Origin: a virus
Strand: one strand, 5' to 3'
Virus record (IMG/VR): IMGVR_UViG_3300048592_000962
Span: 1 to 64,000 of that record
Length of the DNA stretch: 64,000 nucleotides
Shown here: piece by piece, positions 9,293-19,377 of the stretch
Layout: every line of letters starts with the position of its first letter
Numbering within the stretch: position 1 is the stretch's first letter
Position numbers and translations under genes: made by a program
Notes under the pieces: generated by a model
Databases searched by the model: none
The model's input: the letters and a program-made list of their open reading frames with translations, nothing else
Told to the model about the DNA's origin: nothing

Positions 9293-10444
9293 CTACAGCG
9301 GCTCGTATCCGAGGTAGTCAGCGAAGAAGCTCGGACACTTGGCTCCGTTGCACCGAGGCCCCCCCAGATGGGGGCAGACGAACCCCTGGGTGGCGATGGT
9401 GTCGCAGCGAATGGGCGTCATGCCGGAGGTCTGCGACCACTTCCGTTCGGTTTCGTCCGATCGGTAGCGGTGGTCGAAGGAGCTGATCTCGTGGAAGGCT
9501 CGTCGGCCGGCCTCGCCGTACCGCTGGAGCTGCGTCGCGGCGGCGATCCACATGGCGTACGACTGCTCGCCTGGCTGTCGCATGAACCGGAAGAACTCGC
9601 AGTGCGACAGCACGAAGTCCAGCTTCGCGTCGTCGCCCGCAAGCACGGGGAGGGTGTGCCCCCCGAACTGTCTTGGGCCTGCGGCCAGCTCGGCGGGGCG
9701 TTTGTCCCCCACGAGCGCGACCATCGATGCGACGGTGGGCTTGTCGTCGTGGTCGAGCGCCGTCACCACGTGTTCCCAGTGCTTGCCGTCGGGCTCGAAG
9801 TCTCCGGAGGCCACCTCGTACGGATCTAACGGCAGCGACCCACCCCGCCGCTTCGCGTGCCCCTTGTGCAGGGGAGCACCAATCAGGTTTCCGAGTGCGC
9901 GAGGCCCTCGCTTCGGAGCCCGGCTGTCCAAGGTGTCCTGCGGAGGGATCAAACGGTCGAAGCTACTCGCCGTCCCCACGTCCGCCTCGTCAATCCACCA
10001 CGTCATCCAACGCCGTGCAATCCACGCCGGCACCGGCTCATCAAAAAGCACCCGAACATGCGCTCCATCAGCGCTTCTCGATAGGTTCACGAACGGAACG
10101 ACGCCCGAGTCGATCATCCAGGTCACGAGCCGCTGCACGTCGGCTTTCCAGTTGGTGCCTGGGCGCTTGCCATCGAAGTCTGCCGCGATCCATCGAACGA
10201 GAGGAGCATCGCTCGCCGGAATCAATGCGTAGGTACCAACTTCGGTCAATCCAAGCAAATGCCGTCTCGCCGCAGACTCATCGAGCGGCACCCAGACCGG
10301 TCGCCATCGCTCTTGACGATCGCGAGAACCATCGTCGCGAATCTCCACGTCTGCCGAACGCGTAGCAAAAACATCATCCGCACCACGGACAAGCCGAAGG
10401 AACAGAGATGTTTTGTCGCTAGCATTCATGCGCTCGGATTCCAC
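9293..10444 (-). CDS. Archaeo-eukaryotic primase (AEP) with Cys-rich PriL/PriCT-like C-terminal domain
   Basis: WIAADFD (DxD), SRSADGAHV, GNLIGAPL; C-terminal YAMW...PIRC..C..C..C. Confidence 0.8.
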   Translation of the reverse strand: MESERMNASDKTSLFLRLVRGADDVFATRSADVEIRDDGSRDRQERWRPVWVPLDESAARRHLLGLTEVGTYALIPASDAPLVRWIAADFDGKRPGTNWKADVQRLVTWMIDSGVVPFVNLSRSADGAHVRVLFDEPVPAWIARRWMTWWIDEADVGTASSFDRLIPPQDTLDSRAPKRGPRALGNLIGAPLHKGHAKRRGGSLPLDPYEVASGDFEPDGKHWEHVVTALDHDDKPTVASMVALVGDKRPAELAAGPRQFGGHTLPVLAGDDAKLDFVLSHCEFFRFMRQPGEQSYAMWIAAATQLQRYGEAGRRAFHEISSFDHRYRSDETERKWSQTSGMTPIRCDTIATQGFVCPHLGGPRCNGAKCPSFFADYLGYEPL

Positions 10445-10761
10445 TTGCCGTCCACCACTGTGTGCTCACAAAAGAAGTCGATCACTGGCATCATGCGGCT
10501 TTGCGGCCATCCCTGTATGTTAGCTGACTCAACATACGACATGTCGCATTCGCCGACAGCGACGATCTCTCTTCCCTTCTTTCGCGCACACGCTTCGCTA
10601 CAGAAGTCTCCGTATGCGAAGAATCCATCGTTCTCGTGGTTGTTGACCAGGTACAGCTGCCACAAGTTGTCGTTCCAGTCGAAGAACTTGCCGCAGTCAG
10701 CGCAAGGCGCAATCTTCGCTCCCAACGCGATCGCGGCATCTATTTTTTCGTCGGCAGACAT
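10426..10761 (-). CDS. Hypothetical Cys-rich protein
   Basis: CADC...FCSEAC. Confidence 0.55.
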   Translation of the reverse strand: MSADEKIDAAIALGAKIAPCADCGKFFDWNDNLWQLYLVNNHENDGFFAYGDFCSEACARKKGREIVAVGECDMSYVESANIQGWPQSRMMPVIDFFCEHTVVDGKWNPSA

Positions 10762-11189
10762 CTTCCGTTCCTTCTTCGAGGAGACATCTGAGACACCCTG
10801 CGCTCGTGGTACTCGCGAATCATGTCCTCGATTCGTTTTACCTGAAGCAGCGCAGCTCCAGCCTGGACCCGATCTGGGAGCAACCGAAGAGTCTGAAGAG
10901 AAGACCAGCTATACCCAAAGCTTCGCGCAATCTCATGCGCACTCAACGAGTCGACGAACTTCTTGCGTACTTCAAAGCACTCATCACCGCACAGGACGGC
11001 GATAATTCTCGACCTTGCCGACTGGTTGTTCGTCCTGTACTCGAATCGTGCCCGAAGCACTGAGTAGTATAGCGGAAATCGAATCACAATCTTGCGTTGG
11101 CACTGGTGACACTCTGTGATTCCATCTCCCGCGCCAAGTTTCACCATGATCTCTTGAAGCTCTTCGACCTCACTCGTATCGTCGCTCAT
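10740..11189 (-). CDS. Hypothetical zinc-finger protein
   Basis: CHQC...LCGDEC; in operon. Confidence 0.55.
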   Translation of the reverse strand: MSDDTSEVEELQEIMVKLGAGDGITECHQCQRKIVIRFPLYYSVLRARFEYRTNNQSARSRIIAVLCGDECFEVRKKFVDSLSAHEIARSFGYSWSSLQTLRLLPDRVQAGAALLQVKRIEDMIREYHERRVSQMSPRRRNGRCLPTKK

Positions 11190-11871
11190 AGGGGTAGCCC
11201 TTCTTGGCGAACCACTCTGCGCGCTCGTTGTCGTGCACTCGGTCGAGCGCCTCTTGCCTTCGGATCAGCTCGAACATGGTGTACGGAGGGATCTCGTTGT
11301 CCTGAGCCATCGCAAACAACAGCTTCCCCGTCGCCTCCGCGTCGTCGGTGGCTCGGTGGGCCGATTCGATACTGATGTCTTTGCGTTTGCAGGCTTCGAC
11401 GAGTTTGTTGCCGGCCCAGATCCCATGCTTGTGGCGAACCCACACCACAGGGTCGATCCAGCGAAACGCCGAGTTGAACATCGGTACCGTGACGGTCGAT
11501 AGATCGAGCCCAGTCAGCCGACCAAGCTCAGACGTCCAGAATCGTTCGTCGAAGAGCCCGTTGTACGCGCAAGGCCACGCATCCCGAGTCATCCAGAGAA
11601 GCCGCGGCAGAGAGGCTTGAAATCGTGGGGCGGATGCGACATCGGCAGTCGTGATCCCATGGATCTTCGACGCCTCCTCGGGGACGTCTCGCCCTGGGTG
11701 CAGGAGCGTCCCCCACTTCGCAACGAGTCGTCGGTTCTCGAACCGAGCCACGCCCAGCTCGATGATGCGGTCGTTTTCGGGCGATAGCCCGGTGGTCTCG
11801 ACGTCGAATACGACGATCGCGTGTTCGTACCAAGGTCGAAACCAGTTTCCCGTGTTCGCTCCGGGGATCAT
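11170..11871 (-). CDS. DEDDh 3'-5' exonuclease (DnaQ/epsilon family)
   Basis: VFDVETTG, AYNGLFD, HRATDDA; ATGA overlap with the helicase stop. Confidence 0.9.
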   Translation of the reverse strand: MIPGANTGNWFRPWYEHAIVVFDVETTGLSPENDRIIELGVARFENRRLVAKWGTLLHPGRDVPEEASKIHGITTADVASAPRFQASLPRLLWMTRDAWPCAYNGLFDERFWTSELGRLTGLDLSTVTVPMFNSAFRWIDPVVWVRHKHGIWAGNKLVEACKRKDISIESAHRATDDAEATGKLLFAMAQDNEIPPYTMFELIRRQEALDRVHDNERAEWFAKKGYPYERRYE

Positions 11872-14800
11872 CCATTCCTCCGGCGAAAGTCTACGATCAG
11901 TCGAGCGGCCTCGCCCTTCGTCAGCGGATGCTGCGACTCTTTGACTGCGATCCTGTTCACCCTCAGGAAAGCAAGCTGCTTTTCGGTTGCGGGCACGCGC
12001 ATCTTTCTGTCGCGCTCGACCTGAAGAATCAGGATCATGTCCGAAGCTTCGCCCATCGTTTCTGGGAGCGTGGCTTCTTTTGCCCCGAGGTTCAGCAGGT
12101 ATGTCCGCTGTTTCTTCGACATCGGAAGCTTTCGCCATGACGCACTTTCGAGTAGAGCTGCCTCCTCGATTTCCAGGTCGTCTTCTACGCCGTCCGTCAC
12201 GTCGATGAAGCTGAGCGACTCCAGGTGTGCGCCGTCGTCGTCGTCTGCAAACTCGGCGTGGTCTCCGCGCCAGGAATAGAGGTCGCGCTGCCGACGCGCG
12301 TTGAAGAAGCGGTCCATCTCGCCTTCAACCATGCCGTAGGCCAGCTCGAAGTCGATGGGGTCTCGAACCACCTCACGGGCGGGGAGGTGTCGACGCTTGG
12401 GGCGCTGGTCGAAGAACGAGATCACGCACTTGTGGCGAGCGCGGTCGGACCATGAGCACAGGTAGTATCCGATCCGTGGGATCTGAAGCACCCACCCAAT
12501 ATCAGTCTCTCGCCATTGGTAGCGAGTCTTCGAGGGGCGCCGAGAAATCTCGAACGCCTCACCGCGAATCCGTGCCTCCCGGACCTCCGGAAGCTCCTCC
12601 TCGTCTTCCTCGGGCTGTTCACCGTTCGCGCGTCGCTCTGCGCCGTCGGATACCGCGAGGTTCGGATCGAACCCGGCGAGGGACGCAAGCTGCACCGGCT
12701 GGTGCTTCTCCGAGTTGCCGACACAATCGATGACGAGGCATTCTGTTTTGCCAGGCCAAGGACGCAGACCGCGACCCATGCAGTTGCCGACAATTGAGAC
12801 TTTTCCGTTTCTCCGAACGAAGATGGCGCCAGTTTCAGACTCTACACACCACACGCGCTCACTAGCAATAGAATCGACCACGCTCCACGTTGGACGACCA
12901 TCTGATGAGCGCGTAACCATCGACCATTCACGGTCCGGACTCCCGTGCAGCATGCAGATGGTTGAGTCAAACCTTGCATTACACCTGTATCCAGACCTGA
13001 CTAGCAGCGATTGCAGCTGACTCCCGAGGCGGTGGTTAGCGGTAGACACCGAAAAAGAGTGCCTCTCGTAATCTTCCGGCTGAAACTTGGCTCCGTTGCC
13101 ATCGAGTACCGCGGACATGAGAACTCCGACCTGCCTCGAAGAAAGCAGGTCAAACCGCTCCGTCAGCGACTTACCATCGTGCCCGATCCAATCTGACAGC
13201 CTGTCCCAGCCCGTGAGATGTTTGTCTCGTCCACGAGGTTTACCCTTCGAAATCCACCACTTGTTCATTTGGTAGTTTCGCTTGAAGTTCGACGCGCCGC
13301 TCTTCCTGCTGTAGCCAAACTTGAATCCACAGTCGCGGATGCACGACTCTATTCGCCGAACAACTTCTGGGTACTTGTCGGACTGCGATATGGTGATCTG
13401 GTTGTTCTTCCTGTTCAGGTTTCCGTCGGTTAGAAGATACCCAATGAACATGAGTTCACAATCAGCGATAAGAGCGCAGTCAGTGTCATCACGTTTTACG
13501 CACGACACTGGTACCTTTGATTCAGAAGGAATAGAGTCTGCTGAGCGAAACGAGAACGAAGAGCCTTTCCTGGGCTTGACGACCATTTGATGGCCCGCGG
13601 TCACCCTTAGAGACATGTGCGGAGATTCGATTCCGAACATGGGTTCGTCGCCAAGCTCTCTTTCTGTTCGAGAAAGCACCGGAGACCATCGCCAGTCCTC
13701 GTTCTCCACGTCAAAGGCTGCCAGCTGAACGTTTTCTAGGCTATCGCCGATTCCTTTCCACCCGGCACTGGTCAGCACTTCCGTTTTTTCGTCTAGACAC
13801 TGAATGTAAAGACCCTGGCTTTGCGTTGGTCGAGCAAACAGAACGCACTCAATCGAAGGCTCGTCGAATCCTTCGGTGAGGACCTCGCAACTAACAAGTA
13901 GTTTCGTGGCGCCCTCGGAAAATCGAGAATAGATTGCGGTCCGATCCTTGGCCTTCGTCTTCCCATGAACGACTTCGGCCGCGTAGCCTGCATCGTTGAA
14001 GAAGCTAGCGAGCGCGACGGCGTGCTCGACGTCGACAGCAAACACGATGGTCTTTCGGTTGTGGCCGAATTGCATCCAGGAGTGGACGATGGCTTCGTGT
14101 ACCCGAGGCTGGTTCAGTAGCTTGGACAGCTGGCTGGACGAGTAGTCGCCGCCTTCGGTACGAACGCGATCGAGGTCGAGGTCGATGTTGACGCGAAATC
14201 CTTTGGGGGGGACGAGGTATCCGTCGCGGATCAGATCGAACGAGTTTCGTTCGTAGCAGACCGTGTCGAAGACGAGGTCGAGCGCGACGCCGTCGCTCCG
14301 TCCTGGGGTGGCGGTCATCCCCATGACGCGTACGTCAGGGTTGGTGGCGCGAACGGATTGGATGACGCGAAGCCACTGGGGGCTCACGGCGTGGTGAGCT
14401 TCGTCGAGGATGAGGAGGTCGAACCGGCCAGCGTTGAGCACCTGGTCGAGCCGCCGCCCGTCTTTGCCTCCGAGGGTCTGTACGGAGGCGATGGTCACGT
14501 CGATGTGCGGACCGACCTCGTTGCGGGAGGCCTGGACGAGGCCGGTGGTGAGGTCGCCTCCGGCCATGCGGATCTTCTCCTGCGTCTGGACCAGCAGTTC
14601 CTTCCGGTGTGCGAGGAAAAGCGTTCGTGCGCCCCGAGCCTCCTTGAAGGCTCGTGCGAGCGCCGAAGCGATGACCGTTTTTCCGCCGCCTGTCGCGATC
14701 ACGACCAGCGGAGCCCTGTGTCCCGAGTGCCACGAGCGCTGCACCGATTCCACGGCGTCGCGCTGGTAGGGTCGGAGAGGGAGGAGGCTGCTGTCTCGGA

Positions 14801-14993
14801 TCGGAAGAAGGTCGGCCTGCGCCGCTTGCTCGGCGCGCTGTGCCTGTTCGTCGAGAATCCCAGGTCCAAGTGCTCGCACGTGAAGCTGGCCGGGCTCGCC
14901 TGGTTGTCCAGTCCAGTCGAGCCACCACCTTTCGTCCACGTCCGTCACCATCGGCGGCGTGTAGACGCCGAGAGGCATGCGCACGAAGGGCAT
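11868..14993 (-). CDS. SF2 DEAH helicase (ResIII/RadD-like) containing an intein
   Basis: LRPYQ, ATGGGKT, DEAHH, TATP, TEGFD, Q-[intein]-CMGRGLR. Confidence 0.9.
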   Translation of the reverse strand: MPFVRMPLGVYTPPMVTDVDERWWLDWTGQPGEPGQLHVRALGPGILDEQAQRAEQAAQADLLPIRDSSLLPLRPYQRDAVESVQRSWHSGHRAPLVVIATGGGKTVIASALARAFKEARGARTLFLAHRKELLVQTQEKIRMAGGDLTTGLVQASRNEVGPHIDVTIASVQTLGGKDGRRLDQVLNAGRFDLLILDEAHHAVSPQWLRVIQSVRATNPDVRVMGMTATPGRSDGVALDLVFDTVCYERNSFDLIRDGYLVPPKGFRVNIDLDLDRVRTEGGDYSSSQLSKLLNQPRVHEAIVHSWMQFGHNRKTIVFAVDVEHAVALASFFNDAGYAAEVVHGKTKAKDRTAIYSRFSEGATKLLVSCEVLTEGFDEPSIECVLFARPTQSQGLYIQCLDEKTEVLTSAGWKGIGDSLENVQLAAFDVENEDWRWSPVLSRTERELGDEPMFGIESPHMSLRVTAGHQMVVKPRKGSSFSFRSADSIPSESKVPVSCVKRDDTDCALIADCELMFIGYLLTDGNLNRKNNQITISQSDKYPEVVRRIESCIRDCGFKFGYSRKSGASNFKRNYQMNKWWISKGKPRGRDKHLTGWDRLSDWIGHDGKSLTERFDLLSSRQVGVLMSAVLDGNGAKFQPEDYERHSFSVSTANHRLGSQLQSLLVRSGYRCNARFDSTICMLHGSPDREWSMVTRSSDGRPTWSVVDSIASERVWCVESETGAIFVRRNGKVSIVGNCMGRGLRPWPGKTECLVIDCVGNSEKHQPVQLASLAGFDPNLAVSDGAERRANGEQPEEDEEELPEVREARIRGEAFEISRRPSKTRYQWRETDIGWVLQIPRIGYYLCSWSDRARHKCVISFFDQRPKRRHLPAREVVRDPIDFELAYGMVEGEMDRFFNARRQRDLYSWRGDHAEFADDDDGAHLESLSFIDVTDGVEDDLEIEEAALLESASWRKLPMSKKQRTYLLNLGAKEATLPETMGEASDMILILQVERDRKMRVPATEKQLAFLRVNRIAVKESQHPLTKGEAARLIVDFRRRNG
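12783..13799 (-). mobile_element. Intein (339 aa) with LAGLIDADG homing endonuclease
   Basis: Starts CLDEKTEVLT, block B VTAGH, LAGLIDADG-like GYLLTDG and SAVLDGNG, ends VSIVGN followed by C; locally lower GC. Confidence 0.9.
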
Positions 14994-15538
14994 CAGCCGC
15001 CCTTGGATGAGACGGAGTTGATCAGCGACTCGATCTCGTTGTCCAAGTACCATCGCGCCTTGCGCAGGTCATCGATCGCGGATTCGCCGGACTTCTTTCC
15101 AGCTCGCGCGATGTACTTGATCGCATTCCCGAGAGCGAACCCGAGCTTCCAGGCTCGGATGACCTTGATGGCTTCGTACGGGTTGTCCTTCCCGCCGTAG
15201 TGCGCCGGGTGGTCAACCTTGGGGGACGAGGCGATGTCAGCCGGCCGGTTGGCGAGAAGGCTGAGCAGATTCTCGCGAAACGCCTGGACGTTTGCGATTC
15301 GATACACGGTGCCGTTCGATTCAAAACCATCGGGGCCGTGAAACGAGATATAGCTGTATCGCTTGGTTGATGGCTCCTGCGCCTGGAAAAGCGCGTGCAC
15401 TGAGCGCAGCTCTCCCCAGGGTAGACAGGCAAAGACCACCTTCGTCAGCCCCTGCCCTGGCGAGTAGACTTGAACGGATCTACCACCATCCGTGGTCTCA
15501 ACGAACAGATCGATATCTGAGCGAACGTCAAGTTTCAT
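14993..15538 (-). CDS. DUF3310 (SaV-like) domain protein
   Basis: VDHPAHY..EAIKVI..LGNAIKY..RAGKK..DLRKARWYL. Confidence 0.8.
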   Translation of the reverse strand: MKLDVRSDIDLFVETTDGGRSVQVYSPGQGLTKVVFACLPWGELRSVHALFQAQEPSTKRYSYISFHGPDGFESNGTVYRIANVQAFRENLLSLLANRPADIASSPKVDHPAHYGGKDNPYEAIKVIRAWKLGFALGNAIKYIARAGKKSGESAIDDLRKARWYLDNEIESLINSVSSKGG

Positions 15539-15731
15539 TGTTTACCACCTGAAGAGCTTTGCGAAAGCGACGCGGAAAGAATCCGCAGTGGTCTTGCTCG
15601 TCTGTTGAACCAAACATCGCGACGCAGCGATTGCGGTGCACGCAGGTGCCACACGACTCGCCTTGCGGTAGCTCCATGCACGTATCTTTCGTGCACGCCT
15701 CGTCAACGCAGCAGCCTGGTTTGTGGGTCAT
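15528..15731 (-). CDS. Small Cys-rich protein
   Basis: 9 Cys in 67 aa; in operon. Confidence 0.5.
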   Translation of the reverse strand: MTHKPGCCVDEACTKDTCMELPQGESCGTCVHRNRCVAMFGSTDEQDHCGFFPRRFRKALQVVNNET

Positions 15732-15913
15732 CAGGCTCCTCCAAGCTTCACAATTTCTCTCGCCACCCGCTGAGAAAGCCCTGCCTGAATCGTACGTTTC
15801 AACGCACTAGAAGACCACTCTGCGCCAAAGTGTTTCTTCCCCGCCGCTCGCAGCTCTCGTACGGTCATCGTTGGTATTTGTCGATACAGCTCACGCGCTT
15901 CTTCGAGTGTCAT
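15731..15913 (-). CDS. Small hypothetical protein
   Basis: MTLEEARELYRQ...; GGAGG RBS. Confidence 0.45.
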   Translation of the reverse strand: MTLEEARELYRQIPTMTVRELRAAGKKHFGAEWSSSALKRTIQAGLSQRVAREIVKLGGA

Positions 15914-16127
15914 GGTCCGCCTCTCCTTCTTCGCGTTGGCGCCGTCTCCAGTCTCGTGCGCGTTCGATGGACGACCATACAGCTCCGTGTTCGTCGACGT
16001 GGAGCCAGTGGAGTCTTCCGCAGGAAGCGCAGCGCACAACGGTCCCGTCGGAGAACTCGCCGAAGTCGGCTCCGGTGAGCGAGCCGCCGCATCCTCTGGC
16101 GAGGCATCTGTCGATACGTTTCGTCAT
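15891..16127 (-). CDS. Small zinc-finger protein
   Basis: C..GC...CASC..H. Confidence 0.45.
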   Translation of the reverse strand: MTKRIDRCLARGCGGSLTGADFGEFSDGTVVRCASCGRLHWLHVDEHGAVWSSIERARDWRRRQREEGEADHDTRRSA

Positions 16128-16175
16128 GATTACCTCGAACCGAAATCAGAACGCGCGTTCTGTGTTCGGTTCGAG

Positions 16176-16276
16176 GCTCGACTTCGAGCGCTGAGCGGAT
16201 TGCAGAATCGGGTTGCAGTAGCCCCGTGTTCTGACACCGCACGACGCTGCAATCCGCTCAGGACTCGAAGTCGAGC
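16176..16276. repeat. Long intergenic inverted repeat (hairpin)
   Basis: GCTCGACTTCGAG-cg-CTGAGCGGATTGCAG pairs with CTGCAATCCGCTCAG-ga-CTCGAAGTCGAGC. Confidence 0.85.
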
Positions 16277-16282
16277 GACGGG

Positions 16283-16771
16283 TCAGATGAGGTCTTCTGC
16301 GTCGGGCTCTTCGGCGCTGTCCACCTTGGTGACGTTGGCGAAAATCGGCGTCGGCTCTTCGGGGCTGCGTGGTTGGCCGCGACGATGGCGCACCATGATC
16401 TTCACGGGTTTGTTCACCAAGTGGTCCGTGTTGAATCCGGCGTCCGTGAAGGGAATCGCGGCGGCGTCGAGGAGCATGCGGAGGTCGTGTCGGCGAAGCG
16501 CCGAGATCTCCAGGTTCGACGGGTCGTGCTCCAGGACGTAATCCTGGAACACGCGTCGACCGCGCAGCGTCTCGTCTTCGGGCGTCTTGACGCCGAACAA
16601 GATCTGGAACTCCACCGAGATCTTCTGCTTCGGCGGGTCCGCCTTGGTCATCCCCACTGCGACCTGCATGATGATGGCTTGGTACTCGCCTTCGGGAATC
16701 AGCTCGCGCTTCGGCGGCACCTTCGCGTCGTCGCTCTTCAGATCTGGATGCGTCACCTTGACTTCAGCCAC
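16283..16771 (-). CDS. DUF669-like putative ssDNA-binding protein
   Basis: LIPEGEYQAII...GRRVFQDY...LVNKPVKIMV and an acidic C-terminal tail. Confidence 0.65.
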   Translation of the reverse strand: MAEVKVTHPDLKSDDAKVPPKRELIPEGEYQAIIMQVAVGMTKADPPKQKISVEFQILFGVKTPEDETLRGRRVFQDYVLEHDPSNLEISALRRHDLRMLLDAAAIPFTDAGFNTDHLVNKPVKIMVRHRRGQPRSPEEPTPIFANVTKVDSAEEPDAEDLI

Positions 16772-18095
16772 CCTGCGCCTCCTTCTTCTCCAGCAGCTTC
16801 ATGATCACCTCGTACTGGTTGCCCTTCACGTCCGTGCTCTTCTCGCACCCCGTGTGGTCCCTCAACCACTGACGAGCCTTGTCCCGGTCTCCGGAGGTGT
16901 GCTCCATCAGAGCCGCGGACAGCTTCTTCGCCTGGGTCGTCGTGATGGTCTCCGCCTTCGGGTCGGCCAGCACCATGGTCGGCTTGGCCTCCCACGGAGG
17001 GTCGACGTCGTTGAACTCGGGCCCGTTGCCGGTCAGGTCCAGACCAGGCTTCGCCGTGGAGGCCGCAGGAGCCGAGGCAGGAGCCGGAGAAGTCTTCTTC
17101 GCCTCTTCGCGAAGACCCTCTTCGAGCGCCTTCGTCGTCTCCGCTGCGGCAGCGGCGACCGACTCCGGCGTGATGATCGGCGACTCGACCTCGAACGCAT
17201 CGGTGTTCGCGCTGTCCTGCGCTCGACCCTGCCAGAGAAGGCCGGAAGACCCGAGGGCCTGCGCAGCCTTCACGTCTCCACGACGCGCCCGAGCCCGCTG
17301 CATTCGTGCGTCCAGCGTCGATTGCCGAGGAGCGGGAGCGGCGCCCTTGCCCTGCTCCGAGAATGCACGAGCCCACGTGCTCTGCGCGGCAGTCACCTCA
17401 ACGGAGCCGATTGCGGGAAGCGGGTCGGCCCGACGCTGAGGCGGGTCGGCGACGATGACTCCCTTGGCGTCGTCGACGGGACCAGCGATCACCTCGTCGG
17501 CAGAGACGTCGCCGAAGCCGCTGAGGCGAAGGATCGCACGGTTGTAAGCGCGAGTGTCGGCGGTGGCGATGATGTCGTGGCGAGAAATCTTTCCACCACG
17601 CTCCGTCGTGTCGCACCAACCAATCCCCTGCTCAGTCGTGCCCGACGATCCATGCGTTGCCTCATAGACCACGTACGAGTACGTTGCACCAGCATCCTCG
17701 GGCAACCCACGAGTAAGCGTGCGCTTCGCAGTGATCCCTAGCGCTCTCGCGAGCTTCACGATGCCGCTCTTCTTTGGGGTCGCGATGACTTGCGTACTGT
17801 ACTGCTGAGCGTACTTCTCTGCCGAAGACTTGTTTGGCGACACGTACTGCCTCGTCTGACTTCCCTCTCGGTACGCCACCGTGTAGAGGTAGTCGTTCTC
17901 GTCGAGAATCGCGGCGTACAACCGCTGCTTCTCGGCGAAGGCGGCACGAAGCTCAGCGGGGTCGACCACCGGCAACATGACGCCCAGCTCGGCCAGCCGC
18001 TCCTTCGACAGCGTGACGGGAGCCGCGCGTTCGATCGCGCCCGAATGCGACGCAACCTCCGTGAACTCCGCGTCGATGACTTCGTTGTCCTTCAC
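16764..18095 (-). CDS. Putative recombination / ssDNA-annealing protein
   Basis: KKSGIVKLARALGI...ATADTRAYNRAI; adjacent to DUF669 gene (contextual inference). Confidence 0.4.
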   Translation of the reverse strand: MKDNEVIDAEFTEVASHSGAIERAAPVTLSKERLAELGVMLPVVDPAELRAAFAEKQRLYAAILDENDYLYTVAYREGSQTRQYVSPNKSSAEKYAQQYSTQVIATPKKSGIVKLARALGITAKRTLTRGLPEDAGATYSYVVYEATHGSSGTTEQGIGWCDTTERGGKISRHDIIATADTRAYNRAILRLSGFGDVSADEVIAGPVDDAKGVIVADPPQRRADPLPAIGSVEVTAAQSTWARAFSEQGKGAAPAPRQSTLDARMQRARARRGDVKAAQALGSSGLLWQGRAQDSANTDAFEVESPIITPESVAAAAAETTKALEEGLREEAKKTSPAPASAPAASTAKPGLDLTGNGPEFNDVDPPWEAKPTMVLADPKAETITTTQAKKLSAALMEHTSGDRDKARQWLRDHTGCEKSTDVKGNQYEVIMKLLEKKEAQGG

Positions 18096-18391
18096 TTCGA
18101 CTTCTCCTTCCTCTTTCGAGGCTTACCAGGCGCCTGTGACTCATCGCGAGTCGCACGCGCGAGCTTCGCCGTCAACGTGGCGTTCACAACGTGGACCGGA
18201 TACTTGGAGACGAAGGCGTCGAGCTGTTTTCGCGACACCCCGATCCAGTTTGCGGACGGCCCCAGGCGCTCGTGTTGCAAGAGCCCGGACTTGATCCAGA
18301 CCCAAACGGTCGATCGATGGACGTTCAGATGCGCCGCCACCTGTGTGGTGGACAGCAGCCCTGCCTCGGACAGGGCTTTGGGTACGGTCAT
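18092..18391 (-). CDS. Excisionase-like HTH DNA-binding protein
   Basis: LLSTTQVAAHLNVHRSTVWVWIKSGLL. Confidence 0.8.
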   Translation of the reverse strand: MTVPKALSEAGLLSTTQVAAHLNVHRSTVWVWIKSGLLQHERLGPSANWIGVSRKQLDAFVSKYPVHVVNATLTAKLARATRDESQAPGKPRKRKEKSK

Positions 18392-18434
18392 GGGCTCCTC
18401 GCGTTGTCGCGGATGTCAGACAAGGGGAGCCACG

Positions 18435-18463
18435 AGCCTAGTTGGTCGATCGTTGTGGGTCAA
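18435..18463 (-). promoter_or_regulatory. sigma70-type promoter for the replication operon
   Basis: TTGACC-N17-TAGGCT upstream of 18391. Confidence 0.6.
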
Positions 18464-18479
18464 CAACAATCGACGGACA

Positions 18480-19349
18480 TCACCGGGGGCTGAGCTGGGC
18501 GTACAGCTCCTTGCGCTCGGCGGGCGGGAGGAGGTGTCCGAACGCCTGAAGGAACGCCAGCGGCGGAATGTTGCGTTCCATGGCTCGGGTGAAGCCGGTG
18601 CGGAAGCTGACGTTGCTCTGCTTGCCGGCGAACGATATCGCAATCGGGGCTCGCACGGCTTCGCCTCCCGACACGTCGTACGCGCTCCACACGGGTGTCC
18701 CGGAGGCGGCGTGCTGAAGGATCAGCGATCCCTTCCGAACGCCAGGCCGGACTGCTTTCCCGTCGTCATGCGCGAGGCGGAGGGAACGGGCTCCGTAGGT
18801 GTCGGGGTACTTACCCTGCGACAGGCCGGGCGCGAGCGAGCCTCCGAGCAGGTCTCCGAACGCCTGCTTGAACTGGCTCGCCTTGAACCAGGGGGCGACA
18901 CGGCGCATGGCGTCGGCGGGTCGGTAGAGCGGCTGGCTCTCCCCGTCGATCTCGATCCAAATCGCTCTCTCGATCCCCCACGACCCCGGAGCCTCGACCG
19001 TCTGCGCCTGGAGCTGCTTGGGCGTACCCTTGAGCGTCTCGGAGGCGAACAGGTATCCGTGGCGAATTTCTCTCTTCTTGCGGGCGTTTCGTGTCAGCCG
19101 GCCGAGATGACCGAAGGCGATGTCGACGTCTTCGCGGGGGATGCCCTCTTCGCGAGCGATCTTGTCGAACTGCTTTCGGTTGGGGAACTCGACGACGCCA
19201 GATCCGCGGTCGACGGCGATGCGTCCTCGAAGGCGCGGATCTGAGTCCTTGTGCTCACGTGCGCTGAAGCCAGGCCCGGTGATCGAGCCTCGGCGAGAGG
19301 TGTATCGCTTGCCCCTGCGACTGGTACGACGGTCCATGAGACCGAGCAT
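18480..19349 (-). CDS. Basic hypothetical protein downstream of TIGR array 2
   Basis: 289 aa; Arg-rich N-terminus (RRTSRR) and RLTRNARKK motif like those of the plus-arm proteins. Confidence 0.6.
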   Translation of the reverse strand: MLGLMDRRTSRRGKRYTSRRGSITGPGFSAREHKDSDPRLRGRIAVDRGSGVVEFPNRKQFDKIAREEGIPREDVDIAFGHLGRLTRNARKKREIRHGYLFASETLKGTPKQLQAQTVEAPGSWGIERAIWIEIDGESQPLYRPADAMRRVAPWFKASQFKQAFGDLLGGSLAPGLSQGKYPDTYGARSLRLAHDDGKAVRPGVRKGSLILQHAASGTPVWSAYDVSGGEAVRAPIAISFAGKQSNVSFRTGFTRAMERNIPPLAFLQAFGHLLPPAERKELYAQLSPR

Positions 19350-19377
19350 ACCAGCCGCAGGGATGCACGCGAATCAT

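Noticed and set aside
18092-18391. Excisionase implying an integrated prophage
   Set aside because: No integrase or host genes in the window; more simply a regulator of the replication operon
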